Assembly: GCF_963921235.1 (NCBI RefSeq)
Contig: NC_086121.1
Span: 22,382,001 to 22,446,000, forward strand
Source of the DNA: Mobula hypostoma
Lineage: Eukaryota
DNA length: 64,000 nt
Direction of reading: 5' to 3'
Part shown: piece after piece, positions 26,273 through 38,284 of the stretch
How the letters are laid out: every line of letters begins with the position of its first letter
Position numbering within the stretch: the stretch's first letter is position 1
Program-made: the position numbers and the translations under genes
The notes under the pieces: generated by a model
What the model was told of the DNA's origin: nothing
Databases searched by the model: none
The model's input: the letters and a program-made list of their open reading frames with translations, nothing else

Positions 26273-26773
26273 CTGCATAAACAAAGAAATAATAAATGAG
26301 AATCGATCTTTGGGCAGGTCATAGGGCTGAGGTGAGAGGTGGAAGATTCAAAAGAGAACGCAAGGGCAACTTCACGCAATGAGCTGCCAGAGGAAGTGGT
26401 TGAGGCATTTAAAAGGACATTAGCACAAGAGGAGATGGATGGGAGGATAGATGGCATTATGGACCAAATGAGGCTAAGGTCACATAGACGAATTTGCCCG
26501 AAGGGCTTATTTCCTTGCTATACGACTGACTGACCGGCACACGGAGGCCGGGTCACAGTGATAGACTCAGGCCTTTCGGCCCACCAACTCCATGCTGACT
26601 ACAGGGATCCCATTGCCAACAGCAACTGGGGCTTTACCGCTTCCTATTAAACCCAAACCTGTCCCGCTGGGTAAAGTTATGGTCGGGCCCCGGAGCTGGG
26701 AGTCTGGCGGCATCCCAGCAGCCCGGCCTCAGGTCCCGACCCTCTGCCTGCTCGCCCGGCCTCCCTCCCTCAC

Positions 26774-26860
26774 CCGTGCGTGCTTCAAGACTTCTTGGAC
26801 CCGCCAATATCGATCGGGCCCGCGGCTCCGGATCCAACGCGAGAGCGTGAGGAAAACCAT
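26774..26860 (-). CDS. MRPL20: MRPL20 exon 1 coding part (87 bp); spliced CDS 450 bp, 149 aa
   Basis: [29 protein letters not shown]; gtgagg donor; all three introns are phase 0. Confidence 0.96.
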
Positions 26861-27100
26861 CAGCGTGAGAGCGGCAGTTCGGGTCCCCGCCCGCCGCCGG
26901 CTGTGTCCAAGACCCGCCTCGGCTTCACCTCCACCGGCTCGGTCCCAAGGAGATGCGGCCCCTCACCTCGAGGGGACGTCACAGGCCCCACATCCGGCGG
27001 TCCCTGCCCTATGATTGGTCACTCCGATCGTGCGCATGCGTACCACCTCCCGGGGTGGGCGGGGCTACAGTTCAGCCCGAGTACGCACGTGATTTTGTGT
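26861..27100 (-). promoter_or_regulatory. MRPL20: MRPL20 5'UTR and CpG-island promoter
   Basis: CRE-like GACGTCAC 26975-26982, CCAAT (minus strand) 27014-27018, NRF1-like TGCGCATGCG 27031-27040, GC box GGGCGGGG 27057-27064, E-box CACGTG 27086-27091. Confidence 0.85.
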
Positions 27101-27796
27101 TAACTCTGTCATTGAAAGTTGTCTCTGTTCAGGGAGGTGTTTGTGTCCTGTTAGACGTCGGGGATAGGGTCTGATTATTTTAAAATTAAATTAAAACATT
27201 GGAAACGTTTGGATATTTTCAGCACAACAGATTAAATCAGTAGTATATGTATTTCGCATTCTTTCCACGTACTCATACAGTTAGGAGATTTAGCCTGTTG
27301 CAATTAAAAATGAGACCAGAGAAAATGGAAAATCTATAGTTACTGAACTTTGTACACCGACTAAAGCTGATTGAAACTTCGCTTTCATGTATTATTGTTT
27401 TTCTTAATGGTAAAGTCTAATTAGCATAACTGAACTCAAAGCGTTTTAAATCTTTCACTGAGAATACGATAAGGCAGTGAATGAGCAAGAACTTGGTGTT
27501 TCATTCACTGGAGATTTCTGGTTGTAAAGCCTAAAACTTGTGAATTAAAGGACGGAAGAACCGAATATTTGAAACAAAAAATAGAAAATGTAGAGAGTAC
27601 TCAGCAGGTTAGGCGGTATCACTAGTGAAAACAAATGCTTCTAGTAAACATTACGTGACTAATGTTTCAGGTTGGTGACCTTGCATGCGAACAACTAAAT
27701 ATTTAATTTTACATCCAAAATAATAAAGATAAACATTTACTACAATAAGATTTCCCTCAAAATCTGATGTTTATCAAATCCTATATATAATGAGAC

Positions 27797-28372
27797 CGCT
27801 TTGCTGAACATCTACGCTCTGTCCGCCAGAGAAAGCAGGATCTCCCAGTGGCCACACATTTTAATTCCACATCCCATTCCCATTCTGACATGTCTATCCA
27901 CGGCCTCCTCTACTGTAAAGATGAAGCCACACTCAGGTTGGAGGAACAACACCTTATATTCCGTATGGGTAGCCTCCAACCTGATGGCATGAACATTGAC
28001 TTCTCTAACTTCCGCTAGGCCCCACCTCCCCCTCGTACCCCATCTGTTACTCTTTTTTATGCACACATTCTTTCTCTCACTCTCCTTTTTCTCCCTCTGT
28101 CCCTCTGAATATACCTCTTGCCCATCCTCTGGGTCACCCCCCCCGTCTTTCTTCCCGGACCTCCTGTCCCATGATCCTCTCGTATCCCCTTTTGCCTATC
28201 ACCTGTCCAGCTCTCGGCTCTATCCCTCCCCCTCCAGCTTTCAAATCCCTTACTCACTCTTCCTTCAGTTAGTCCTGACGAAGGGTCTCGGCCTGAAACG
28301 TCGACTGCGCCTCTTCCTATAGATGCTGCCTGGCCTGCTGCGTTCACCAGCAACTTTGATGTGTGTTGCTTG
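27797..28372 (+). mobile_element. Penelope-like element 3' fragment (GIY-YIG end plus pseudo-LTR)
   Basis: Homologous to the distal end of the 39.3-40.5 kb GIY-YIG element; terminal repeat carries a hammerhead motif. Confidence 0.85.
28270..28307 (+). ncRNA. Minimal type I hammerhead ribozyme motif
   Basis: AGTC-CTGACGA-AGG(gtctcgg)CCT-GAAA-CGTC|GACT: intact core boxes, stems I and II, palindromic ACGT in place of stem III; predicted cleavage after 28302. Confidence 0.7.
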
Positions 28373-28689
28373 TATTAGCTTTCCTGATTACAAATATGCC
28401 ATGTATTCTTTTCCTCGTCCTAGTCCCAGACATTCAGGGTGTGTTAGAATTATATTTACCACTATACTTTGTTCACAAGTGAACTCCTTGGGTTTTGTGG
28501 TGATAAGCCATTGAACAATTTATACAAATAACATCTGGATTTGATTTTGTCACTGAAAGCTGGATGGGGAAGGATGATTACCTAATTAGCTTTGAAAATA
28601 CTGTTCGCTTCTCACAGGGGTCCGCAGCGATACACGTAGGCCCTATTGAGTCTCAGCCAGCCATCATGACCTATTTTTGACGGACTGTT

Positions 28690-29470
28690 CAAGTTAATCA
28701 GTGAGATGTTAGGTTAAAAAAAAGATGTCATAATCCAAATAAATGTCCAAAAAGAAACTGAGCCTGAAAGTGTCAGTTGGAGTAACAAAATATTGGAGTT
28801 TATTTGACGAGATGGTGGCGAGTTCAGAAAGGCGGCATTATTTTCTTCTGCAAGGGTTCCTAAAGCTACATAACTAGTCGGGGGGTGGCTCTCTGCTCTG
28901 TGATGTTAGAATGCACAAGAGTCAAGTAAAATGTAAATGAAAACATAAACAGGAGTCAGCCAAAAAGGCATTTCAATTCAAGAATACAGACATTCCACAA
29001 AGATCTGCCAGGGAATCGTTGGAAGATTTACTTTGATCCAATTCCAGACACATTAGAAATGTTTTTATTGTTGACTGCGCACAGTATATATAAAAAAAAA
29101 CTTAAAATTGTAAGCCTGGCCTCAGTAATTAGTTAGAAAGTGTTCCAAGGACAGTATCAAAGCCCTGTGAAATGACCCATCATAGTTCTGTGTGAATGCT
29201 GAGCAGTGCCCATGAGGCAGCTGCAAAGAACTCATTCACGAGGGCCTTAAGTTTACAACATCAAAACCACCTTGTTGATTACCAATTGAGGAAGCCCGCT
29301 GACAAAATGCGTACCTCAGTGGTTTATTTGCAAGTGCCACGGTCACGCAGAGAAGATGAAACTAAATTTCTCTTCAGTTATAATTTTACTACAACCTTAG
29401 AGTGCTGTATCAGAAGATGGTGATGGAAGCTTCCCTCGAATACCATGAGTGAACTGCAAACAGACATCAA
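28690..29470 (-). pseudogene. Possible decayed eta-group (OR131-2-like) odorant receptor pseudogene
   Basis: NKPLRYAF / QLVINKVVLML / LPHGHC / LILSLEHFL / FMFSFTFYLTLVHS resemble NPRYILF, HLVIND, LP..C, MSLERY and VWLTLIYT in order; several stops and frameshifts. Confidence 0.35.
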
Positions 29471-30004
29471 CACAACACCAAAAATCCTAAAGGGTGCTGC
29501 TCCTAAGTGTTAGAATCGGTTGTTTTTTTAAATTACCTTTTATAAGATATCAATTGAATTAATGCAAGACCAAGAACATTGTTTCCTTTTTACTAACATA
29601 ATTACTATTTTTAATATAGTCATAGTCATACTTTATTGATCCCAGGGGGAAATTGGTTTTTGTTACAGTTGCACCATAAATAATAAATAGTAATAGAACC
29701 ATAAATAGTTAAATAGTTATATGTAAATTATGCCAGTAAATTACGAAGTAAGTCCAGGACCAGCCTATCGGCTCAATAATTTGTATCTTTAAAAAACTCA
29801 TGTATTTTTCACAAACGAGAGAAAATCTGCAGATGCTGCAGATGCTTATTATTTATTATTTTTATTTATTAGTTATGTTTATTATTTAGTGTTGCGTTTG
29901 TTATGTTATGATTGCACTGCCCCTGAGAAACGCTGTCTCATTCTGCCCTGCAGAGCTGATGTATGGTTAGAATGACAATAAAGTTTTTTGAATCTTTGAA
30001 TCTT

Positions 30005-30356
30005 GAATCTTGAAATCCGAGCAACAGACACAAGATGCTGGAGGAACTCAGCAGGCATTTATGGAAAAAAGTACAGTCGACGTTTTGGCCCAAAATGTCC
30101 TGCTGAAGGGCCTCGGCCTGAAACACCGACTGTACTCTTTTCCACAGATGCTGCCTGGCCTGCAAGTTCCTCCAGCATTTTGTGTGTGTGGCTTGGATTT
30201 TTCACAGTATGTGGTGGTTCATCTCCACCTACTGGCCAAAGGCGGTATAACAGTTATGTAACACACATCAAAGTTGCTGGTGAACACAGCAGGCCAAGCA
30301 GCATCTGTAGGAGGAGGTGCAGTCAACGTTTCAGGCCGAGACCCTTCGTCAGGACC
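30005..30356. mobile_element. Penelope pseudo-LTR fragments (an inverted pair plus a minus-strand copy with a hammerhead core at 30320-30356)
   Basis: Same gatgctg/cagcagg terminal sequence; minus strand reads GGTC-CTGACGA-AGGGTCTCGGCCT-GAAA-CGTT-GACT. Confidence 0.75.
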
Positions 30357-30419
30357 TTATGTACACCCTTATAACAGTTATGTACACCCTTTTATCTTTT
30401 AATTGGCTAAATGTTAGCA

Positions 30420-30695
30420 CTTTATTTATTTATTGATTGAGATACAACGTGGAACAGCCCCTTCCTGCCTTTCGAGCCTTGCCGCCCAGCAACTCCACGA
30501 TTTAATCCCAGCCTAATCACAGGACAGTTTACAATGACCAATTAACCTACCAACCAGTACGCCTTTAGACTGTGGGAGGAAACCCACGTGATCGCAGGGA
30601 GAACATACAAACTCTTTACGGGCAGCAGTGGGAAGTGAACCCAGGTCGCCTGTACTGAAAAGCGTTGTGCTGACCATTACGCTACTTTGCCACCC
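30420..30695 (-). mobile_element. V-SINE (HE1-like); relatives at ~11880-12080, 16030-16200, 48472-48800 and 54570-54680
   Basis: tRNA-like head and V-domain GAGTTTG.ATGTTCTCCC...TTTCCTCCCACA.TC.A. Confidence 0.75.
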
Positions 30696-31099
30696 CATAT
30701 ATGTTATAATTGTTATAATTATGTAGCCTTTCAATTGGATTCTATTATCTAAGTAATTTCTGTTATCTCGAGAATAAAAGTGATGGCTTTTTGAAAAGCA
30801 CCATGTTGAATCTATTTAATCTCGGGTTCTCAGCTCCTCACTTAGTTTCAAGTGCTCTGTATCTTTGTTTGAACTTTAAAGTAAGTGATTGTGAAGAATC
30901 AACATTTTTTTGCTCATTCCCGAACTCCTAAGAGAACCCAGGCGTTGAAAGATCCGTCATCAGTTTTCAGAAGTAGCCCTGCATATTAGACTAGAAAAGA
31001 ATAACGGTAGGGGTAGATGTAACACAGGAACATGCAGATGTCATCAAGGAAGTTATAAAATTCAACAGTACAATCTTGCTAGGTAGGCAGGAAGTGGCG

Positions 31100-33697
31100 C
31101 TGTGTACAAAGGCTGTTGTAAATCTAGTCAAGAAGAAAAGAAAAGCTTGCAAAAGGTTGAAAAAACTAGGTAATGATAGAGATCTAGAAGATTATGAGGC
31201 TAGCAGGAAGGAGCTTAAGAATGAAATTAGGAGAGCCAGAAGGGGTCATGAGAAGGCCTTAGCGAGCAGGATTGAAGAAAACCTCCAGGCATTCTACAGG
31301 TATGTAAAGAGCAAGAGGATAAGACATGAGAGAATAGGACCAATCAAGTGTGACAGTGGAAAAGTGTGTATGGAACCGGAGGAAGTAGCTGAGGTACTTA
31401 ATGAATACTTTGCTTCAGTATTCACTACGGAAAAGGATCTTGGCGATTGTAGGGATGACTTGCAGTGGACTGAAAAGCTTGAGCATGTAGATATTAAGGA
31501 AGAGGATGTGCTGGAGCTTTTGGAAAGCATCAAGTTGGATAAGTCACTGGGACTGGATGGGATGTACCCCAGGCTACTGTGGGAGGTGAGAGAGGAGATT
31601 GCTGAGCCTCTGGTGATGATCTTTGCATCATCAATGAGGACGGGAGAGGTTCCGGAGGATTGGAGGGTTTCAGATGTTGTTCCCTTATTCAAGAAAGGGA
31701 GTAGGGTTAGCCCTGGAAATTATAGGCCAGTGAGTCTTACTTCAGTGGTTGGTAAGTTGATGGAGAAGATCCTGAGAGACAGGATTTATGAACATTTGGA
31801 GAGGCATAATATGATTAGCAATAGTCAGCATGGCTTTGTCAAAGGCAGGTCGTGCCTTACGAGCCTGATTGAATTTTTTGAGGATGTGACTAAACACATT
31901 GATGAAGGTAGAGCCGTAGATGTAGTGTATATGGATTTCAGCAAGGCATTTGATAAAGTACTCCATACAAGTGTAACGTTCAGTTATATTGGCTCGTGTA
32001 TGTCTAGGGGAGATCCAGCCCAGCACTCGCCTCAACACTCTCCACAGGGTTGGTGGCCACCCGAATCAATCACAAACGTCAATCATCAGCCAGCACACCC
32101 AGTAAATTTTAACAAATACACTTTATAAATATTACTAATTCTATGGCATTAATATACATTTGATACAGAGAGGAAAGTAATGAAAAAAAAGGCGCCAACA
32201 CTTATCAAAGTCCAAGTTCTTCGCACGCTACATTGGAGCTCAATTCGACTTCAGACGACCACCCGAATTCCGTCGACTCACGGCTCGGAACCACCCTGAG
32301 TGATCGACCGGAGCCTCTCCGCACGTCCGTGGTCCTCCTCGTCTCTCCTCCGACTCCCCGCCAAAACTCAGTCCACAGTCATATCATACAGCATGGTATC
32401 CGAAAACAAAACAATACATAACCACCCATTGGCTAATAGAACATTGTTATCTCATTTTAAAGTAAACAAACTGCTAGCGCAAACTCTCTTCAGCGTTAAA
32501 GCACAACAAAGCCGCATTCCCCAGATTAACATAACAAAGTCGCCGTTTTAAATGTAACAAAAGAAAGACCCCGTACACAAGGCTTATTAAGAAAGTAAGG
32601 AGGCATGGGATCCAAGGGGACATTGCTTCGTGGATCCAGAACTGGCTTGCCCACAGAAGACAAAGAGTGGTTGTAGACGGGTCATATTCTGCATGGAGGC
32701 CGGAGACGAGTGGTGTGCCTCAGGGATCTGTTCTGGGACCCTTACTCTTCGTGATTTTTATAAATGACCTGGATGAGGAAGTGGAGGGATGGGATAGTAA
32801 ATTTGCTGATGACACAAAGGTTGGAAGTAATGTGGATAGTGTGGAGGGCTGTCAGAGTTTACAGCGAGACATTGATAGGATGCAAAACTGGGCTGACAAG
32901 TGGCAGATGGAGTTCAACACAGATAAGTGTGAGGTGGTTCATTTTGGTAGGTCAAATGTGATGGCAGAATATAGCATTAATGGTAAGACTCTTGGCAGTG
33001 TGGAGGATCAGAGGGATCTTGGGGTCCGAGTCCATAGGACACTCAAAGCTGCTGCACAGATTGACTCTGTGGTTAAGAAAGCATACGGTGCATTGACCTT
33101 CATCAATTTTGGGATTGAGTTTAAGAGCCGAGAAGTAATGTTGCAGCTATATAGGACCCTGGTCAGACCCTACTTGGAGTATTGTGCTCAGTTCTGGTCG
33201 CCTCACTATAGGAAGGATGTGGAAACCATACAAAGGGTGCAGAGAAGATTTGTAAGGATGTAAATCTGGTTTGGGGAGCATGCCTTATGAGAATAGGTAG
33301 AATTAACTTGGCCTTTTCTCCTTAGAGCAATGGAGGATGAGAGGTGACCTGATATAGATGTACAAGATGATGAGAGGCATTGATCGTGTGGATAGTCAGA
33401 GGCTTTTTCCCAGGGCTTAAATGGCTAGCATGAGAGGACACAGTTTTAAGGTGCTGGGGAGTAGGTACAGAGGAGATGTCAGGGGTAAGTTTTTCACACA
33501 GAGTGGTGAGTGTGTGGAATGGGCTGCTGACAATGGTGGTGGAGGCGGATACGATAGGGTCTTTTAAGAGGCTCCTGGACAGGTACATGAAGCTTAGAAA
33601 AATAGAGGGCTATGGCTAACCCTAGGTAACTTCTAAGGTAGGGACATGTTCGGCACAGCTTTGTGGGCCGAAGGGCCTGTATTGTGCTGTAGGTGTT
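31100..33697 (+). mobile_element. CR1 LINE (RT region to 3'UTR) hosting a solo LTR; its tail resumes at 35822
   Basis: [32 protein letters not shown] and FADD motifs; stops near the 3' end. Confidence 0.93.
31972..32577. mobile_element. Solo LTR, 606 bp (probably Ty3/Gypsy)
   Basis: TGTA...TACA termini, exact 4-bp TSD CAAG (31968-31971 and 32578-32581); the CR1 RT sequence resumes after it. Confidence 0.85.
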
Positions 33698-35821
33698 ACA
33701 TAGAAACATAGAAACATAGAAAATAGGTGCAGGAGTAGACCATTCGGCCCTTCGAGCCTGCACCGCCATTTATTATGATCATGGCTGATCATCCAACTCA
33801 GAACCCAGCCTTCCCTCCATACCCCCTGACCCCTGTAGCCACAAGGGCCATATCTAACTTCCTTTTAAACATAGCTAATGAACTGGCCTCAACAGTTTGC
33901 TGTGGCAGAGAATTCCACAGATTCACCACTCTCTGTGTGAAGAAGTTTTTCCTAACCTCGGTCCTAAAAGGCTTCCCCTCTATCCTCAAACTGTGACCCC
34001 TCGTTCTAGACCTCCCCAACATCGGGAACAATCTTCCCGCATCTAGCCTGTCCAATCCCTTTAGGATCTTATACGTTTCAATCAGATCCCCCCTCAATCT
34101 TCTAAATTCCAACGAGTACAAGCCCAGTTCATCCAGTCTTTCTTCATATGAAAGACCTGCCATCCCAGGAATCAATCTGGTGAACCTTCTTTGTACTCCC
34201 TCTATGGCAAAGATGTCTTTCCTCAGATTAGGGGACCAAAACTGCACACAATACTCCAGGTGTGGTCTCACCAAGGCCTTGTACAACTGCAGTAGTACCT
34301 CCCTGCTCCTGTACTCGAATCCTCTCGCTATAAATGCCAGCATACCGTTCACATTTTTCACCGCCTGCTGTACCTGCATGCCCACTTTCAATGACTGGTG
34401 TATAATGACACCCAGGTCTCGTTGCACCTCCCCTTTTCCTAATCGGCCACCATTCAGATAATAATCTGTTTTCCTATTTTTGCCACCAAAGTGGATAACT
34501 TCACATTTATCCACATTAAATTGCATCTGCCATGAGTTTGCCCACTCACCCAACCTATCCAAGTCACCCTGCATCCTCTTAGCATCCTCCTCACTGCTAA
34601 CACTGCCACCCAGCTTCGTGTCATCCGCAAACTTGGAGATGCTGCATTTAATTCCCTCATCCAAGTCATTAATATATATTGTAAACAACTGGGGTCCCAG
34701 CACTGAGCCTTGCGGTACCCCACTAGTCACCGCCTGCCATTCTGAAAAGGTCCCGTTTATTCCCACTCTTTGCTTCCTGTCTGCTAACCAATTCTCCACC
34801 CACACCAATACCTTACCCCCAATACCGTGTGCTTTAATTTTGCACACTAATCTCCTATGTGGGACCTTGTCAAAAGCCTTTTGAAAATCCAAATATACCA
34901 CATCCACTGGTTCTCCCCTATCCACTCTTCTAGTTACATCCTCAAAAAATTCTATGAGATTCGTCAGACATGATTTTCCTTTCACAAATCCATGCTGACT
35001 TTGTCCGATCATTTCACCGCTTTCCAAATGTGCTGTTATCACATCCTTGATAACTGACTCCAGCAGTTTCCCCACCACCGACGTTAGGCTAACCGGCCTA
35101 TAATTCCCCGGTTTCTCTCTCCCTCCTTTTTTAAAAAGTGGGGTTACATTAGCCACCCTCCAATCCTCAGGAACTAGTCCAGAATCTAACGAGTTTTGAA
35201 AAATTATCACTAATGCATCCACTATTTCTTGGGCCACTTCCTTAAGCACTCTGGGATGCAGACCATCTGGCCCTGGGGATTTATCTGCCTTCAATCCCTT
35301 CAATTTACCTAACACCACTTCCCTACTAACATGTATTTCGCTCAGTTCCTCCATCTCACTGGACCCTCTGTCCCTTACTATTTCTGGAAGATTATTTATG
35401 TCCTCCTTAGTGAAGACAGAACCAAAGTAATTATTCAATTGGTCTGCCATGTCCTTGCTCCCCATAATCAATTCACCTGTTTCTGTTTGCAGGGGACCTA
35501 CATTTGTCTTTATCAGTCTTTTCCTTTTTACATATCTATAAAAGCTTTTACAGTCCGTTTTTATGTTCTCTGCCAGTTTTCTCTCATAATCTTTTTTCCC
35601 CTTCCTAATTAAGCCCTTTGTCCTCCTCTGCTGAACTCTGAATTTCTCCCAGTCCTCAGGTGAGCCACTTTCTCTGGCTAATTTGTATGCTACTTCTTTG
35701 GAATTGATACTATCCCTAATTTCTCTTGTCAGCCACGGGTGCACTACCTTCCTTGATTTATTCTTTTGCCAAACTGGGATGAACAATTGTTGTAGTTCAT
35801 CCATGCAACCTTTAAATGCCT
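33698..35821 (-). mobile_element. Young 5'-truncated CR1 with an uninterrupted 668-aa RT frame
   Basis: ORF 33798-35804 has all RT motifs and no stops; TTTCTATG tail; GTGTT duplication at 33693-33697 and 35822-35826. Confidence 0.95.
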
Positions 35822-35934
35822 GTGTTCTATGTTTCTATGCTGTTGTGTAGCATAAATATAATGCAGGGTTCAGTGAAGTACAAGCGATAGTGTGCATTTT
35901 ATGGTGTTAGATAAAGTACATTGTGAGTACATTA

Positions 35935-37190
35935 TATAAAGTGAACAATTTCAAGTTCCTTGGTGTCAATATCTCTGAGGATTTAACCTGGACACAACAT
36001 ATTGATGCAGTTATACAGAAGGCATGACAGTGACTATATTTCATTAGGAGTTTGAGGAGATTTGGTTTGTCAACTAAATCACTTGGAAACTTGTACAAAT
36101 GTACCATGGAGAGCATTCTGACCGGCTGCATCTCCGTCTGGCACGGGGGGGGGGCGGGGTTGGGGTGGCACTACTGCAGAAGATCGAAGTAAGTTGCAGA
36201 AACTTGTAAAATTGGTTAGCTCTATCATGGGTACCAGCTACCATAGTATCCAAGACATCTTCAAGGAGCGGTGCCTTAGGAAGCTGGCGTCCATCATTAA
36301 GGATCCCCACCACCCAGGACATGACCTCTTCACACTGTTACCTTTGGGAAGGAGGTACAGGAGCCTGAAGACACACACTCAGTGATTCAGGAACAGCTTC
36401 TTCCCCTCTGCCATCTGATTTCTGAATGAACATTGAACTCATGAAAACTACCCCACTACTTTATTATTTCTGTTTCTGAACTGAATTGAATTGAGTTGAT
36501 TTTATTACTTACGTCCTTCAAACAAGTGAGGAGTAAAAATCTTTATGTTACGTCTCTGTTCAAATGTGCAATGTGCAATTCTAGTAATTTATAAGTTACA
36601 GGATAGTCAATATAACATAGAAATACAATTGTGACAGCATGAATTAATCAGTCTGATGGCCTGTGGAAGAAGCTGTCCTGGAGCCTGTTGGTCCTGGCTT
36701 TTTTGCTGCGGTACCATTTCCCGGATAGTAGCAGCTGGAATAGTTTACGGTTGGGGTGACTCGGGTCTCCAATGATCCTTCGGGCCCTTTTTACACACCT
36801 GTCTTTGTAAATGTCCTGAATCGTGGGAAGTTCACATCTACAGATGCACTGGGCTGTCCGCACCACTCTCTGCAGAGTCCTGCAATTGAGGGAAGTACAA
36901 TTCCCATACCAGGCAGTGATACAGCCAGTCAGGATGCTCTCAATTGTGCCCCTGTAGAAAGCTCTTAGGATTTGGGGGCCCATACCAAACTTCTTCAACC
37001 ATCTGAGGTGAAAGAGGTGCTGTTGTGCCTTTTTCACATTTTTACATTACTTATTTTAACTTAACTATTTAGTAGACATATATAATGTAAGTCAGTTCTT
37101 TTCTCTATATTTAATTATCATGTATTTCATTGTACTGTTAACAAATTTCATGACATATGCCGGTGATATTAAATCTAACTCTGATTCTGG
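35935..37190. mobile_element. Two nested Rex1-type LINE 3' fragments (plus-strand host with a minus-strand insert at ~36490-37040)
   Basis: KFLGVNISEDLTW, FYRGTIESILTGCITAWYGNC and DPHHPGH motifs on opposite strands. Confidence 0.8.
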
Positions 37191-37326
37191 GTCTGACATC
37201 AATGTACATAAGTTGTCACTCTTATATATTGTATTGTGCAAGCATACAGCATTGTTAAAAGTACAATGGCTAGTTTACGGTGTTATAAAGGGTACATGAT
37301 TACTTTAAGTTTATACACAAGTAGAG

Positions 37327-37740
37327 TTAATTCTGTTTCTCAGATCCACAAAAACCACTGTGACAGTCTCGTGCTGAGGCGATGTCAAGGGGTGTTTCGT
37401 ACCACAGGTTAGTGGTGTACATGTTGGCACCTCTGCTCAGCAGTAATTGGATGGTCCGCTCGTGGCCCCTTTTGGTGGCGAGGTGGAGAGGAGTGTTCAT
37501 AAGCCAGCCTCTTGCCTCTATATCAGCTCCACGCTCGATCAGATACTCTGCGACATCAGCATCACCCCTCTCTGCCGCCCGATGAAGCGCAGTCATGTTC
37601 AGGCCGTCTCTGGCGTCTACGCTGGCCCCCTGTTGCATGAGAAGGTCCATTATTCGGAAGTGGCCCATCCCTGCTGCGGCCTGCAGAGCAGATACTTTGT
37701 TACTGTCTGCAGCCCCGTGTGCGAGTAAATCTACCAACAC
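37327..37740 (-). CDS. ANKRD65: Ankyrin repeat domain protein 65, last coding exon
   Basis: Ankyrin repeats (TALHRAAERG, GWLMNTPLHLA); cag acceptor in phase 0; TAA stop; adjacent to MRPL20 as at human 1p36.33. Confidence 0.88.
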   Translation of the reverse strand: MLVDLLAHGAADSNKVSALQAAAGMGHFRIMDLLMQQGASVDARDGLNMTALHRAAERGDADVAEYLIERGADIEARGWLMNTPLHLATKRGHERTIQLLLSRGANMYTTNLWYETPLDIASARDCHSGFCGSEKQN

Positions 37741-38284
37741 CTGTCGGAAAGGATGCAAATCGTGAACTTTACAAATGATCCCTGCCGCTTTTTATTGAAA
37801 ATCATTATATTTTGAGCTTTTCCTTTAAACCAGGTGTTCCCAAGCTGGAGTCCATGGACTCCTGGCTTAATGGTGTTGGCCCATGCCATAAAAAGAAAGA
37901 TTGGGAACCCCAGATTTAAACTAACTAATTACTTACAAGTAGCAGACACAAGAAACTGCAGATGCTGGAATCTAGAGCAAAAAAAAACTGCTGGATGAAC
38001 TCAGCAGGTCCGACAGTATCAGTGGAAGGCAATGGGCGGTCAATATTCTACACTGTTCCATTTCCTTGCTTAGTTCTTTCAGCAGTTTGCTTGTCATTAC
38101 CATTGGCATTTCACTGAAGACCTGTGGCTGCTTACAGTGAATGGGTTAACATTTCAGGCAATTAATCCTTTATTAGGGTAAGTGCACCACAGAAATGTAT
38201 TGGAAATCCGCTATTAATTAAATTGGTAAATTGGTTTATTGTTGTCACATGTACTGAGGTACAGTCTTGCATACTGTTCATAAA

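Noticed and set aside
26592-27174. Overlapping plus-strand ORFs at the MRPL20 5' end
   Set aside because: CpG-island antisense artefacts without homology or splice support.
31076-32128. 350-aa ORF as an intact or domesticated gene
   Set aside because: It is a CR1 RT fragment reading into the solo LTR; the RT domain is split.
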